Positions 1-11,855 of a DNA stretch of 64,000 nt are shown here, piece by piece. A model generated the notes under the pieces. That model did no database searches. It saw only the letters and a program-made list of their open reading frames with translations, and was not told the origin of the DNA. Source of the DNA: an uncultured Ruminococcus sp. (GTDB lineage Bacteria > Bacillota > Clostridia > Oscillospirales > CAG-272); the NCBI GenBank assembly GCA_964579135.1, contig CAZOFD010000005.1:1858-65857 (forward strand), given 5' to 3'. The position numbers and the translations under genes are program-made. Within the stretch, counting starts at the first letter, position 1. Each line of letters opens with the position of its first letter.

Positions 1-355
1 TGTCGTCCCTTGATACCTCAAGGTACGTATATCCCTTGGTGACGTCGCCTTTTTTGCTGTACCTCAGAATGGTTTTGCCGCTTTCCGAATCGGTTATATA
101 GTTATAATAAACCTCAAGTTCCTCATCGTACTCGTCGTTTTCCCACTTTAGCGGGTCGGGGCGCGCATAAGTCGGCAGCCCCTCCCCGAAAAATATGTCG
201 TTTATCTCGAAAGAATTTTCGATAAGATCGGCAAATATCGCCCTTACCTCTTCAATATCGGGTGCAGGGCTCCTGAAAAACAGCGCCCACACCGACGTAA
301 ACAACAGTACCGTGGCGAGTATCGCGCAAACGGTTATTATAAGAGCCCTTTTCAT
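1..355 (-). CDS. hypothetical membrane-anchored protein, N-terminal part only (gene runs off the left edge)
   Basis: Open-ended, so absent from the ORF track. My reverse-strand translation from ATG (355-353) gives [27 protein letters not shown]..., a signal-anchor helix, with no stop down to position 1. Its ATG overlaps the gyrA stop as ATGA (352-355). Confidence 0.55.
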   Translation of the reverse strand, partial: MKRALIITVCAILATVLLFTSVWALFFRSPAPDIEEVRAIFADLIENSFEINDIFFGEGLPTYARPDPLKWENDEYDEELEVYYNYITDSESGKTILRYSKKGDVTKGYTYLEVSRDD

Positions 356-2886
356 GTTTCGTCGGAGGCGTCATCCGCATCGTACGAAATCGGTTCGACC
401 TCGTCGACCTCACCCGGCGCGTTTACTTCGTCATTTTCGTCCTCGCACGAGGCGATCGCGGTAAATCCGGCACATCTCTGCCCTTCGCCCATACGCATCA
501 CGATAACTCCGGCAGCGGACCTTGAATATACGGGAATATCCTCGCAACGGGTGCGGATAACGGTACCGGCATCGGTAACGAGCATAATATCGTCATTGTC
601 GAACACGGACGAGATACCGACTACTCTACCGGTCTTCGCGTTAACGTTTTGGCAGGTAACACCGAGACCGCCGCGATTTTTCATAAGTCTGAATTCGTCG
701 AATTCGACCCTCTTTCCGTATCCGTTTTCGGTTATGACCACGAGCTTTTTACCGTCCTCGACTGCGACCGTTCCGACGACCTTGTCGTCGCCGCGCAAAC
801 GGATACCTATAACTCCCCTTGCGGTGCGGCTCATAGTACGCGCGCCTTTTTCGGAAAAGCGCACGGTATTTCCCTCCGCGGAGGCTATTATGATATCGCT
901 CGTTCCCTCGGTAAGCATAACGGAAACGAGTTCATCGCCCTCGTCGAGATCTATAGCTATTTTTCCGCCTTTGCGGTGGAAAACGTATTCCGTAAGTTTC
1001 GTACGCTTGAGAATACCGTTTTTGGTGACCATAGTCAAGTACTTGCCGTCGGTATCCTCAAAATTATCGACCTCTATGACGGCACTGACCTTTTCGCCGC
1101 TTTCGATCTCTATGATATTCACAAGATTCGTTCCCTTTGCGGTGCGGCTCGCTTCGGGGATATTATACGCTTTCCGCAAAAATACGCGACCGAAAGTCGT
1201 AAAGAACATCACGTAAGAGTGGGACTTCATAACGAGCATTCGCTCGATAAAATCTTCCTCTTTCGTCGTCATTCCTATGATACCCTTACCACCCCTGTGC
1301 TGAGCGGAATAAGTATCCGCGGGAAGACGCTTGATATATCCGCTGTTCGTTACCGTAATAACGCAGTCGTGCTTTTCGATAAGATCCTCAAGCTCTATCT
1401 CGTCGGTCGCTTCGATTATTTCGGTACGACGCGGGTCGGCGTACTTGCGGCGAACCTCGAGCAATTCGTTTTTGATTATCTCGTTGATCTTTCCGATATC
1501 GGCAAGTATCTCGCGAAGCTCTTTGATAAGGTCGTTAAGCTTTGCGAGCTCGTCCGCTATCTTGTCTCTCTCAAGACCCGTGAGCCTGCCGAGAGTCATA
1601 TCGACTATCGCCTGAGCCTGAATATCCGTAAGCGCATATCTTTCGCAAAGACGAGCTTTGGATTCGGGGATGGATGGCGACGTTTTCATAAGTTCGACGA
1701 TCTGATCGATATTTTCGATCGCGATGCTGTATCCCTCCAAAATATGGGCACGCGCAAGGGCGCGGTCGAGTTCGAACTTCGTTCTGCGGGTAACTACCGA
1801 CTCCTGATGCCTTATATATTCGTCAAGGATCCTGTCGAGCGAAAGGATCTTCGGCTCTCCGTTTACGAGAGCGAGCATATTGACGGCGCAAGTATCCTCA
1901 AGTTGCGAATACTTGTAGAGTTGCTTCAAAATGATCTCGCCGTTCGCGTCGCGCCTGTACTCCACGACTATGCGCATACCGTCGCGCCCGGACTCGTCTC
2001 TTATATCCGTTATGCCCTCGATGCGCTTTTCCTTAACGAGATTCGCTATGGATTCGCAAAGCAAACTCTTGTTTACGCCGTAAGGTATCTCGGTAACGAT
2101 TATCCTGTGTTTTGCCTCCTCGACTTCGGCGCGCGCGCGCACCATAACGCGCCCCTTACCGGTGAGATAAGCTTCTTTGATACCGTTTATACCGTATATC
2201 ATAGCGGCTGTCGGAAAATCGGGACCTTTTATATATTCCATAAGGTCATAAACCGTACAATCCGGATTCTCCATACGATATATCGTAGCGTCTATTACCT
2301 CGCCCATATTGTGCGGGGGGATGTTCGTTGCCATACCGACGGCGATACCGACGGAACCGTTTACCAAAAGATTCGGGAAACGCGACGGAAGAACGCTCGG
2401 CTCTTCGAGTCTGTTGTCGAAATTTCGGTTCATAACGACAACGTTTTTATCCATATCGCGCATCATCTCGTCGGATATCTTGGCAAGGCGCGCCTCGGTA
2501 TAACGATATGCCGCAGGCGGGTCGCCGTCAACGGAACCGAAGTTTCCGTGACCCTCGACAAGAGGATAACGCAGAGAAAAATCCTGCGCCATTCTTACCA
2601 TAGTTCCGTATACGGCGCTGTCTCCGTGCGGATGGTAACGACCGAGAACGTTACCTACCGTGGTCGCGGATTTACGGAAAGGCTTGTCCGACGTAAGATG
2701 ATCCTCGTACATAGCCCACATAATGCGTCTTTGACCGGGTTTCATTCCGTCGCGCACGTCGGGCAAAGCTCTGGATGTTATTACCGACATCGAATATTCT
2801 ATAAAAGACCTCTTTACCTCGTGGTCCATTTCGACGTCGACTATCTTCTGATTTTTAAATGTCAGATCTTCTTTGTTATTTTCCAC
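352..2886 (-). CDS. gyrA: DNA gyrase subunit A
   Basis: 844-aa ORF with [11 protein letters not shown], an active-site region [15 protein letters not shown] (catalytic Tyr), C-terminal repeat domain and acidic tail. Lies downstream of gyrB. GTG start. Confidence 0.97.
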   Translation of the reverse strand: MENNKEDLTFKNQKIVDVEMDHEVKRSFIEYSMSVITSRALPDVRDGMKPGQRRIMWAMYEDHLTSDKPFRKSATTVGNVLGRYHPHGDSAVYGTMVRMAQDFSLRYPLVEGHGNFGSVDGDPPAAYRYTEARLAKISDEMMRDMDKNVVVMNRNFDNRLEEPSVLPSRFPNLLVNGSVGIAVGMATNIPPHNMGEVIDATIYRMENPDCTVYDLMEYIKGPDFPTAAMIYGINGIKEAYLTGKGRVMVRARAEVEEAKHRIIVTEIPYGVNKSLLCESIANLVKEKRIEGITDIRDESGRDGMRIVVEYRRDANGEIILKQLYKYSQLEDTCAVNMLALVNGEPKILSLDRILDEYIRHQESVVTRRTKFELDRALARAHILEGYSIAIENIDQIVELMKTSPSIPESKARLCERYALTDIQAQAIVDMTLGRLTGLERDKIADELAKLNDLIKELREILADIGKINEIIKNELLEVRRKYADPRRTEIIEATDEIELEDLIEKHDCVITVTNSGYIKRLPADTYSAQHRGGKGIIGMTTKEEDFIERMLVMKSHSYVMFFTTFGRVFLRKAYNIPEASRTAKGTNLVNIIEIESGEKVSAVIEVDNFEDTDGKYLTMVTKNGILKRTKLTEYVFHRKGGKIAIDLDEGDELVSVMLTEGTSDIIIASAEGNTVRFSEKGARTMSRTARGVIGIRLRGDDKVVGTVAVEDGKKLVVITENGYGKRVEFDEFRLMKNRGGLGVTCQNVNAKTGRVVGISSVFDNDDIMLVTDAGTVIRTRCEDIPVYSRSAAGVIVMRMGEGQRCAGFTAIASCEDENDEVNAPGEVDEVEPISYDADDASDET

Positions 2887-3035
2887 TTTAGCGTTCCTTT
2901 CGTTTCGGAATCTCCGTATTCACCGCAAGCACTCGGCAACAAACGCGCATCTCTGTTAAAACCAAAAGACCGTGCGGTCGAAACGTAACTTTTTCAATAG
3001 ATCATAACAGACCGAAATTGCATTTTACCGTATGC

Positions 3036-3044
3036 TGTGGAAAC
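3036..3044 (+). promoter_or_regulatory. DnaA-box-like 9-mer TGTGGAAAC
   Basis: Two mismatches to TGTGGATAA. Lies in the gyrB-gyrA spacer. Confidence 0.35.
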
Positions 3045-3217
3045 ACGGGAAAAATATCCGCGTTATGCTGTGCACGGTACCTGCGGCGATGAAAAACTAT
3101 CCGAGGAAACGAGCAAACTTCGTATGCTCGGGAATCCTATAATCGAAATAATCACAATCGGCGTCTGTTATGTTTTTTGTGGAGCCGTATCTTAAAAAAT
3201 GATAATAAAACACACCT

Positions 3218-3238
3218 TTTTCCACAACCTGTGGAATA
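3218..3238. promoter_or_regulatory. convergent pair of DnaA-box-like 9-mers (TTTTCCACA-acc-TGTGGAATA)
   Basis: TTTTCCACA (3218-3226) has 1 mismatch to TTATCCACA. TGTGGAATA (3230-3238) has 2 mismatches to TGTGGATAA. Together they form the palindrome TTCCACAaccTGTGGAA. Confidence 0.5.
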
Positions 3239-3328
3239 CTTTCGCACAAATCCGTCACGGTCGTACGTTTTAACCGTTTGAGGTCGGTTTTATTTACGAC
3301 AAACCTTAAAACCGAATACGGTTACGTA

Positions 3329-5479
<2,151 letters not shown>

Positions 5480-5517
5480 TTATTTACGTTTTACGCGACT
5501 TTTATTTTCGTTATCGT

Positions 5518-5841
5518 TTATTTTTCATCGGTCCGAGCGTCGTCCGTGGTGACTATATCCGATACGGAAGCAAGAGCGGCGTTTTTGCCGTCTCCGACGA
5601 GCCGTCCGAGCAATGCGGACGGTGAAAGCAACGAAAAACATACGGTGTTATCATTTCTTTTCCCGTAAACCACAAAACTTTTCGGTATATCGTCGCCTGC
5701 CGAAATCACTCTTTTTTCTTTTTGCTTCGTCAGCAAAAATTTTTTCGTTACCGAACTGCCGAGAGTCGCGTTGTCGGTGTCGAATATCCCGAGGATTTCT
5801 TTTGTCCTGACCGTTTTATTGTTTCCTATATGCAGATACAT
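5518..5841 (-). CDS. remB: DUF370 family protein, RemB/YaaB-like
   Basis: 107 aa starting MYLHIGNNKTVRTKEILGIFD... Sits between recF and gyrB, as yaaB/remB does in Bacillus. Paralogous to the remA-like ORF at 55316-55582. Confidence 0.75.
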   Translation of the reverse strand: MYLHIGNNKTVRTKEILGIFDTDNATLGSSVTKKFLLTKQKEKRVISAGDDIPKSFVVYGKRNDNTVCFSLLSPSALLGRLVGDGKNAALASVSDIVTTDDARTDEK

Positions 5842-5940
5842 TCTTAACCTCGATAAACGGGGGCGTTAATTTTCAATATGCAGAATATCGGCTGATAACT
5901 CCGAAATACTTAGCGTAAAAATCAACGCTTGCGAATAAGA

Positions 5941-7050
5941 TCACCCGAATATTCCGTTTTTTACGTTTATAACGTTAACGTTTGCAAGATCGGCAGCGGC
6001 GATATCTCCGCAAGAGGTCATTATCACCTGACCGTGCCCTATCTTTTTCGTCAAATAATCTCTGCGTGACGAATCGAGTTCGGAAAAAACGTCGTCGAGC
6101 AACAGTACCGGAGTTTCGCCGGTATCGCTTCGCGAAACGGCGCTTTCCGCAAGTTTGAGACCGAGAGCGAGAGAACGCTGTTGCCCTTGGGAAGCAAACG
6201 TACGCGCGTTTTTGTCGTTTATCTCGATACTTAGATCGTCCTTATGCGGACCGAAAAGAGTTGCGCCGGCGTTTATCTCTCTTTCGTGCGACGACATCAG
6301 CTTTGAAAGATAGAGTTTTTCGGATTTTTCCGTATCTATCGCGTCATCGTAACTTATCTTAAACGAATTTTCATATTCGAGCGACGGAACCTCGCGCCTC
6401 TCCGTCATATCGTAAAAACAAGATTCAAGCTCTTTTTCGGCAAGACTTACGTATTTTAGTCTCGACGATATGACGTACGCCGCCTCGTGAGCGAGTTGAT
6501 ACGACCAAAATTCGATGGTCGAATCGAAACTGCGCCTGTCGTATTCGGCGTTTTTTATCAGTTTATTGCGCTGTACGAGAATATGGTTATACCTTTGCAG
6601 CGATCTCAGATACATCGGACGAAGTTGACTTATCGCAACGTCAAGGTAGTTCCGCCGCATAGCGGGACCCTCTTTTACTATATTGAGATGCTCCGGGCAA
6701 AAAAGCACGGCGCGAAACTGACCGATTATCTCGGATATACGATTAACTTTAAATCCGTTTTGTTCCGCCGAGCGGGTCTTATCCCGCGAAAAGGCGAAGC
6801 GCATCTTATGCTCGCGTACCGAATCTTCGAACTCGAGCGTTAAGGATGCGTCTTTGCTGTCAAAAGCTATATACTCCGAATCTTTGGCTCCCCTGAAAGA
6901 TTTTCCGAGCGAGAAAAAACACAATGCCTCGAGCATATTCGTCTTTCCCTGCGCGTTGTCTCCCCACAAAAGGTTGGTACCGTCCGAAAACTCAACGTAT
7001 TCGGAACGAATATTCCTAAAATTATCGATTTTTATGTTTTTGCATTTCAA
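5941..7050 (-). CDS. recF: DNA replication and repair protein RecF
   Basis: Walker A GDNAQGKTNMLEA, signature FASQGQQRSLALGLKLAE and Walker B LLLDDVFSELD. Synteny dnaN-recF-gyrB. Confidence 0.95.
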   Translation of the reverse strand: MKCKNIKIDNFRNIRSEYVEFSDGTNLLWGDNAQGKTNMLEALCFFSLGKSFRGAKDSEYIAFDSKDASLTLEFEDSVREHKMRFAFSRDKTRSAEQNGFKVNRISEIIGQFRAVLFCPEHLNIVKEGPAMRRNYLDVAISQLRPMYLRSLQRYNHILVQRNKLIKNAEYDRRSFDSTIEFWSYQLAHEAAYVISSRLKYVSLAEKELESCFYDMTERREVPSLEYENSFKISYDDAIDTEKSEKLYLSKLMSSHEREINAGATLFGPHKDDLSIEINDKNARTFASQGQQRSLALGLKLAESAVSRSDTGETPVLLLDDVFSELDSSRRDYLTKKIGHGQVIMTSCGDIAAADLANVNVINVKNGIFG

Positions 7051-7108
7051 ATTCGAGTCCCGAAACCGATCTCGGCGTATAAAAGCCGAATATTTTCACG
7101 GTAAAGCG

Positions 7109-8260
7109 TCAATTCTTCATCCTTACCGGCAAAAGGAAGAACAGATCGTCACTGTTGTCCTCCGGCTCCGTGGGAATGATATTTATGCTGTAAAGAGGTG
7201 TCGACATCTCTATCTTTACGGTATCTCCCGAGCACGCGCGAACGGCGTCGATGAGATATCTGTTGTTGAACGCCATAGTTATGTCGTCACCGGTATGATC
7301 AACGTCTACCTCGTCGTAAGACGACCCTGCGGAGGAATTTGCCGTGAGCTTCATAGTGTTGCCCTCGACCGTCAGCTTAAGAGGAGTACGCGCAATGCCC
7401 GCGACTTTTTCTTCGGTGACGACGGCGCTTCTTTCAAGCGCGGATATCAGCCTTTCTTTATCCGCGGTAACGTTTATCTTATGATTTTTGAGGATGATCC
7501 TGTCGAAATCGATATATTCTCCCTCGATAAGTCTGGTAAAGAAAACGAGACCGTCGAACATATATATCATATTTTTGCGACTCATAAAAACGGTAACTAT
7601 CTCGTCTTCATCGTCCGGCAACATCTTTATCAGTTCGTTAACCGTTTTTTGCGGCACGATAAAACTGTATTTCAGCTCCGAATTGTCTCCGTTTTTATTA
7701 GTCGGATTAACGTGGCAAACGCATTTTGCCATTTTAAAGCTGTCGCACGAGACAGCGAGCAGCTCGTTGTCGAGAACGCGGAAATACGCTCCGTTAAGTA
7801 CCTGCCTTTGGTCGTTTATACCCATAGCAAATTGTATCTTTATAAATATGCGCTTTAAAAGTCCCGCGGGAAGCTCGAAACTTTGATCTTCTCTTACGCC
7901 GGGCAATGCCGGAAAATCTTCACCCGAAAAAGCCGACATTTTGTGATTTGATTTTCCCGCGGTGATGGAAGCCTCGAGCTTGTCGTTTATTTCAAGGGTA
8001 ACTTCGTCGTTATCCATAACTTTCAGCGTTTGCATAAACTTATGGGCGTTAAGAGCAAAGCATCCGTTTTCGAGAACGGTTCCCTCGGCATGGCAACGAA
8101 CGCCTTTTTCGAGGTCGTAAGTAGTAAATACTATACTGTTATTGTCTTTCGCGTCTATAAGCACACATTCCGTCGTAGGTATAGTCCCTCGCGACGAGGC
8201 TGCGCACATAAGCGGCGACAAAGTGTTTATCGTTTCCTGACGGTTAAATATGATCTTCAT
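7109..8260 (-). CDS. dnaN: DNA polymerase III beta sliding clamp
   Basis: 383 aa, immediately downstream of dnaA. C-terminal ...FFLLPVRMKN is typical of beta clamps. Confidence 0.95.
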   Translation of the reverse strand: MKIIFNRQETINTLSPLMCAASSRGTIPTTECVLIDAKDNNSIVFTTYDLEKGVRCHAEGTVLENGCFALNAHKFMQTLKVMDNDEVTLEINDKLEASITAGKSNHKMSAFSGEDFPALPGVREDQSFELPAGLLKRIFIKIQFAMGINDQRQVLNGAYFRVLDNELLAVSCDSFKMAKCVCHVNPTNKNGDNSELKYSFIVPQKTVNELIKMLPDDEDEIVTVFMSRKNMIYMFDGLVFFTRLIEGEYIDFDRIILKNHKINVTADKERLISALERSAVVTEEKVAGIARTPLKLTVEGNTMKLTANSSAGSSYDEVDVDHTGDDITMAFNNRYLIDAVRACSGDTVKIEMSTPLYSINIIPTEPEDNSDDLFFLLPVRMKN

Positions 8261-8339
8261 ATACGTTGTACCAGAACTTTCGTAAAACGAAAGTTTCCTT
8301 TCTCGATTTGGTCGATCGAAGCGCTTTCGCGCTTTTTCG

Positions 8340-8378
8340 TTTTTTAAAAATAAAAATAATTAAAATAATAGATAATAA
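8340..8378. promoter_or_regulatory. AT-rich tract, candidate DNA unwinding element of oriC
   Basis: 39 nt (tttttaaaaataaaaataattaaaataatagataataa) containing a single G. In the dnaA-dnaN spacer, 23 nt from two DnaA boxes. Confidence 0.55.
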
Positions 8379-8401
8379 GCAGCGGTATCAGCAGTAGGGG
8401 G

Positions 8402-8419
8402 TGTAGATATTGTGGAAAA
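8402..8419 (-). promoter_or_regulatory. two abutting DnaA boxes (minus strand TTTTCCACA + ATATCTACA)
   Basis: Plus strand reads TGTAGATAT-TGTGGAAAA, with 2 and 1 mismatches to TGTGGATAA. Preceded by GGGGG (8397-8401). Confidence 0.6.
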
Positions 8420-8543
8420 CTACGCGGAGCCTTGAAAATCAAGGCTTTTCGCAGTATGAAAAACCGATATTTTTTGTTGATTTATCGGTTTTAATCTTGT
8501 TGAAAACCTTTGAATTTTCAACAGGACGCGTTCGTAACGCCTA

Positions 8544-9920
8544 TCAATTTATATTTTTTTCTATATCCTCGATATCGAGCCTTAAGGCATTATCCGTCAA
8601 AAGTTTCTTTTCTATCATCTGATACGAGGCGAGTATCGTAGTATGGTCGCGGTTGAATATCTTGCCTATATTCGGATACGACATTTCCGTTATTTTGCGT
8701 ATGAGATAAATGGTAACGTGGCGAACCTGAGCGATGTCTCGCGAGCGACGCGCGCCTGTCAGATCTTCTTTTTTTATATCGTACTTGCGCCATACCGCGG
8801 CAAATATCTTATCTATCGTAACGCTGACGGGCTCCTCCCCTCCGAGAAGATCCGATATGCAGCCGCGGGCTACCTCCATAGTTATCTGTCTGCCCTCGAG
8901 AAAAACGATGGCGCCGAGCTTTTTCATCGCTCCTTCAATCTGCCTTATGTTGGATCTTAAGTTCTCGGCAAGATAGGTCAAAACTTCTTCCGAGAGATTT
9001 ACCTTGACTTGCTCCGCCTTTTTTTTGATTATAGCCATACGGAGTTCGAGGTCCGGCGGCTGTATATCGGCAAGCAGACCCCATTCGAACCTCGTTTTAA
9101 GCCTATCCTCGAGAGTTTTCATCTCGCGTGGAGGTCTGTCCGACGTCAGTATTATCTGCTTGTGGTCTTCGTAAAGAGCGTTGAAAGTGTGAAAAAATTC
9201 TTCCTGCGTGGATACTTTTCCCGCTATAAACTGTATGTCGTCTATAAGAAGCATATCGCAAGAGCGATATTTGTTTCTGAATTCAACGGTCATATTCGAA
9301 CTCAGCGCCTCTATAAACTGGTTCGTAAAGTCCTCGCCTTTTATGTATATTATTCGAACGTTGGGATTTTTCTTTTTTACTTCGTTCGTTATTGCGTAGA
9401 GAAGGTGAGTTTTTCCTATTCCCGACGGTCCGTATATAAAAAGCGGGTTGTAGTTCATTGCGGGATTTGCCGCGACCGCGGTGCAGGCGGCGTGGGCGAA
9501 TTTATTCGAGTTTCCGACTATAAAATTATCGAACGTGTATTCGAAGTTGTAAGGCGGCATCGTGGAGCCCCAAGCGTCGGATCTCGGTCTTTCTTCCACG
9601 GCAGGCATAGCATTCGTTGTCGGTGCTACTACGACGTAATCGTAATCCCCCGGGCGAGGCTCGTCGCGAAATATCAAATTGACCTTTATGTCGAAGCCGA
9701 GAACGTCGCAAAAATGCTTTTCTATCGAGTCGAGATATCTTTGCTTGATGATGTTGTATTTAATTATCGACGACGTTGCCATAGTAAGGACGTTGTCCGT
9801 GTCGAAAGATAATATTTTAAGTTCCGAAAACCACATATCTATGGAAGACGTCGGCATTGTTTTGTGAAATTCTTCCATAACGTCTTTCCAAACCGAACGA
9901 AATTCGTCGAGATAAGCCAT
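8544..9920 (-). CDS. dnaA: chromosomal replication initiator DnaA
   Basis: 458 aa with Walker A GPSGIGKTHLL, LLIDDIQF and a C-terminal DNA-binding helix region ...HVTIYLIRKITEMSYPNIGKIFNRDHTTILASYQ. Confidence 0.97.
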   Translation of the reverse strand: MAYLDEFRSVWKDVMEEFHKTMPTSSIDMWFSELKILSFDTDNVLTMATSSIIKYNIIKQRYLDSIEKHFCDVLGFDIKVNLIFRDEPRPGDYDYVVVAPTTNAMPAVEERPRSDAWGSTMPPYNFEYTFDNFIVGNSNKFAHAACTAVAANPAMNYNPLFIYGPSGIGKTHLLYAITNEVKKKNPNVRIIYIKGEDFTNQFIEALSSNMTVEFRNKYRSCDMLLIDDIQFIAGKVSTQEEFFHTFNALYEDHKQIILTSDRPPREMKTLEDRLKTRFEWGLLADIQPPDLELRMAIIKKKAEQVKVNLSEEVLTYLAENLRSNIRQIEGAMKKLGAIVFLEGRQITMEVARGCISDLLGGEEPVSVTIDKIFAAVWRKYDIKKEDLTGARRSRDIAQVRHVTIYLIRKITEMSYPNIGKIFNRDHTTILASYQMIEKKLLTDNALRLDIEDIEKNIN

Positions 9921-9994
9921 ATATAACTCCGTTTCGGTGCTTTAAAAGCACAAATTTTATACGTTACGTCGGACGGAAAAACGCGTTCCGCCGC

Positions 9995-10036
9995 TTTAAT
10001 ATTATAATATATATAATATATTATATCATATTAAAT
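9995..10036. promoter_or_regulatory. AT tract upstream of dnaA (promoter region and/or second unwinding element)
   Basis: 42 nt with a single C. Contains several overlapping TATAAT hexamers on both strands. Confidence 0.4.
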
Positions 10037-10122
10037 GCCCGTTTACAATAAAAAATGAAAATTTATATTGCGAGGTGTGTGAATTTACAATGTAAATTTT
10101 TTGTGAACGTATTTGCGTACGT

Positions 10123-10160
10123 AAAAAACAAAAACGGGATCCGACCGTGACCCCGTTTTT
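10123..10160 (-). terminator. rho-independent terminator of the MORN-protein gene
   Basis: Minus strand reads aaaacgggg-tcacggtcggat-cccgtttt followed by tgtttttt. Confidence 0.7.
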
Positions 10161-10181
10161 ATATCGATTTGTTTGTCGACT

Positions 10182-11015
10182 TTATTGTGACGTTTTGTCC
10201 GTTTCCACTACGGTGATAATACCGTCTTTAAAATATCCGGAATAAGTGTTTCTTTCTCCGTCTACCCAATAATAAGTTCCCCAACCGTTTATATTATTGT
10301 TTGCGAAATCGCCCTCGTAACGCTCGCCGTTTGCCCAATAATATACTCCGTATCCTTCGCGTATATCGTTTTTAAAATCGCCCTCGTATCTGTCGCCGTT
10401 CGAATACACGTATACTCCTTTTCCGATCTTTTTCCCGTTTTCGAAGGTTCCCTCGAATTTTGAACCGTCGGATAAAACGAACGTTCCCTCCCCGTTTTTC
10501 AGACCGTTTGAAAAGTTTCCGCTGTAAACGTCGCCGTTTGCGTAACGATAGACTCCGTAGCCGTTTATTATGCCGTTCTTAAAATTGCCTTCGTACCTGT
10601 CGCCGTTTGAATATTCGTATGTTCCGTATCCGTTAATTTCGTCGGATACGAACTCGCCCTCGTATTTGTCGCCGTTTGCGAAAGAAAGTACGCCGCTTCC
10701 CTCGCGTTTGAATTCCGCGCTGAGCGTTCCGAAAAAAACGCTTCCGTCGGAATAAGTAACGCTGCCGTCGCCGACGTATGCCGTCGTTCCGTCGGAAAAA
10801 TATATTTTTCCGTTAAGCGGTATTCCGTTGCCGTCCTTTTTTCCGACGAAGCCTACGTCGTCGTTTTGCGGTGATTCCTTTTCTACTTTGTATCCCGAAA
10901 AATAAAGTGCAAACAAGACGAAAACGAACACGACGATTGCCGCCAATGCGGAAAACAGCAACCTTTGTCGTCTCGAAAAATGTATTTTACGTTTATACTT
11001 TCTGAATTTTGCCAT
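10182..11015 (-). CDS. membrane-anchored MORN-repeat protein
   Basis: 277 aa. N-terminal TM helix (LLFSALAAIVVFVFVLFALYF), then about 7 tandem YxGxFxNGxxxGxG units (YEGEF..NGYGTY, YEGNFKNGIINGYGVY, YSGNFSNGLKNGEGTF ...). Confidence 0.85.
   Translation of the reverse strand: MAKFRKYKRKIHFSRRQRLLFSALAAIVVFVFVLFALYFSGYKVEKESPQNDDVGFVGKKDGNGIPLNGKIYFSDGTTAYVGDGSVTYSDGSVFFGTLSAEFKREGSGVLSFANGDKYEGEFVSDEINGYGTYEYSNGDRYEGNFKNGIINGYGVYRYANGDVYSGNFSNGLKNGEGTFVLSDGSKFEGTFENGKKIGKGVYVYSNGDRYEGDFKNDIREGYGVYYWANGERYEGDFANNNINGWGTYYWVDGERNTYSGYFKDGIITVVETDKTSQ
10220..10720 (-). repeat. tandem 69-bp coding repeats (MORN units)
   Basis: DNA-level periodicity that follows the 23-aa MORN units of the ORF above. 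Confidence 0.65.
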
Positions 11016-11073
11016 TTTATGCCTTCTGCGAATAAACGCGCGGTATTTTTTGACCTGTTTTGCTTGCTATCGT

Positions 11074-11760
11074 TTAACTCTTAAATCCGCTTATGGCGTT
11101 GTCGAGCCAAAGTAATAATTCGGGTAGAAATTTCAGCGTAACGACAGTCGCTATCGGCGCAAGCAAGGTGACGATTATCGGCGCGATAACGTCGGACGCC
11201 GAGGCGGAAAATCTTTTTTCGGCTTTTTGTACGTTTTCACGATCGACGTAGAAAGTATTCGTTTCGAAATCGTATTCAAAAGGCGAGGCGCTGTATCTTT
11301 CGCTTTTGTCTTTTGAGTTTGCTCCGCTTTCGGCAGTTTCTTCCGGCTGCGTTTTCTCCCCGTCGCGGAAAAATTTGATATTTTCATAATATCTTTCGCG
11401 TTCCGTGCAGGAAACGACCGAGCGATATACGTATTCTTTTTTTATAGCGCGACGTACGTAAAAAGATTTTTCAAGTCCGAGCTCTTTCAGAGTTTTTGAG
11501 TTTTCGGGGCTGTCGGCTCCGCATTTTATGAGCGATCTGACGAATTTACCGGTTATTCTGCGGTGAAAAAACGCTGCGTACGACGCAATTACAAGCCCTG
11601 CGAAAACACCTATTATCAAAAGACGCAAATCCACGATTCCGTGACCGAGATTTATGTTTTCGTAGTTTTTTGCGTTTATTGAAAAACTTTCTTTGATAAG
11701 ATCCGAAAGCAGATCGAAAAAGGATTCGTCGTCAAGAAAAAAACGATACATTAATACCAC
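11074..11760 (-). CDS. hypothetical membrane protein
   Basis: 228-aa ORF with two predicted TM helices (LLIIGVFAGLVIASYAAFF; VIAPIIVTLLAPIATVVTL). I recognise no motif. Confidence 0.55.
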   Translation of the reverse strand: MVLMYRFFLDDESFFDLLSDLIKESFSINAKNYENINLGHGIVDLRLLIIGVFAGLVIASYAAFFHRRITGKFVRSLIKCGADSPENSKTLKELGLEKSFYVRRAIKKEYVYRSVVSCTERERYYENIKFFRDGEKTQPEETAESGANSKDKSERYSASPFEYDFETNTFYVDRENVQKAEKRFSASASDVIAPIIVTLLAPIATVVTLKFLPELLLWLDNAISGFKS

Positions 11761-11805
11761 CTTTTATATAAAAATGGAAAATAATACAATTATTTATTGT
11801 AAAAA

Positions 11806-11819
11806 GTTTCACGTGAAAC
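11806..11819. promoter_or_regulatory. parS site
   Basis: GTTTCACGTGAAAC, the exact 14-bp core of the consensus tGTTNCACGTGAAACa. Lies 37 nt downstream of parB. Confidence 0.85.
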
Positions 11820-11855
11820 AATTATGGTTGATTATCATAAATCGACTGCATACGA

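Noticed and set aside
649-2988. 779-aa stop-free ORF antisense to gyrA. Similar long antisense ORFs occur at 15598-16899, 20734-21867, 21885-23270, 23688-24962, 25050-26150, 36276-37427, 45722-46600, 55594-56547, 56795-57673 and 61937-63094.
   Set aside because: Each lies entirely opposite a gene with unmistakable conserved motifs. Their translations are Arg/Ser/Val-rich and low in complexity, with no motifs and no RBS. They are classic shadow ORFs produced by the codon bias of the sense gene.
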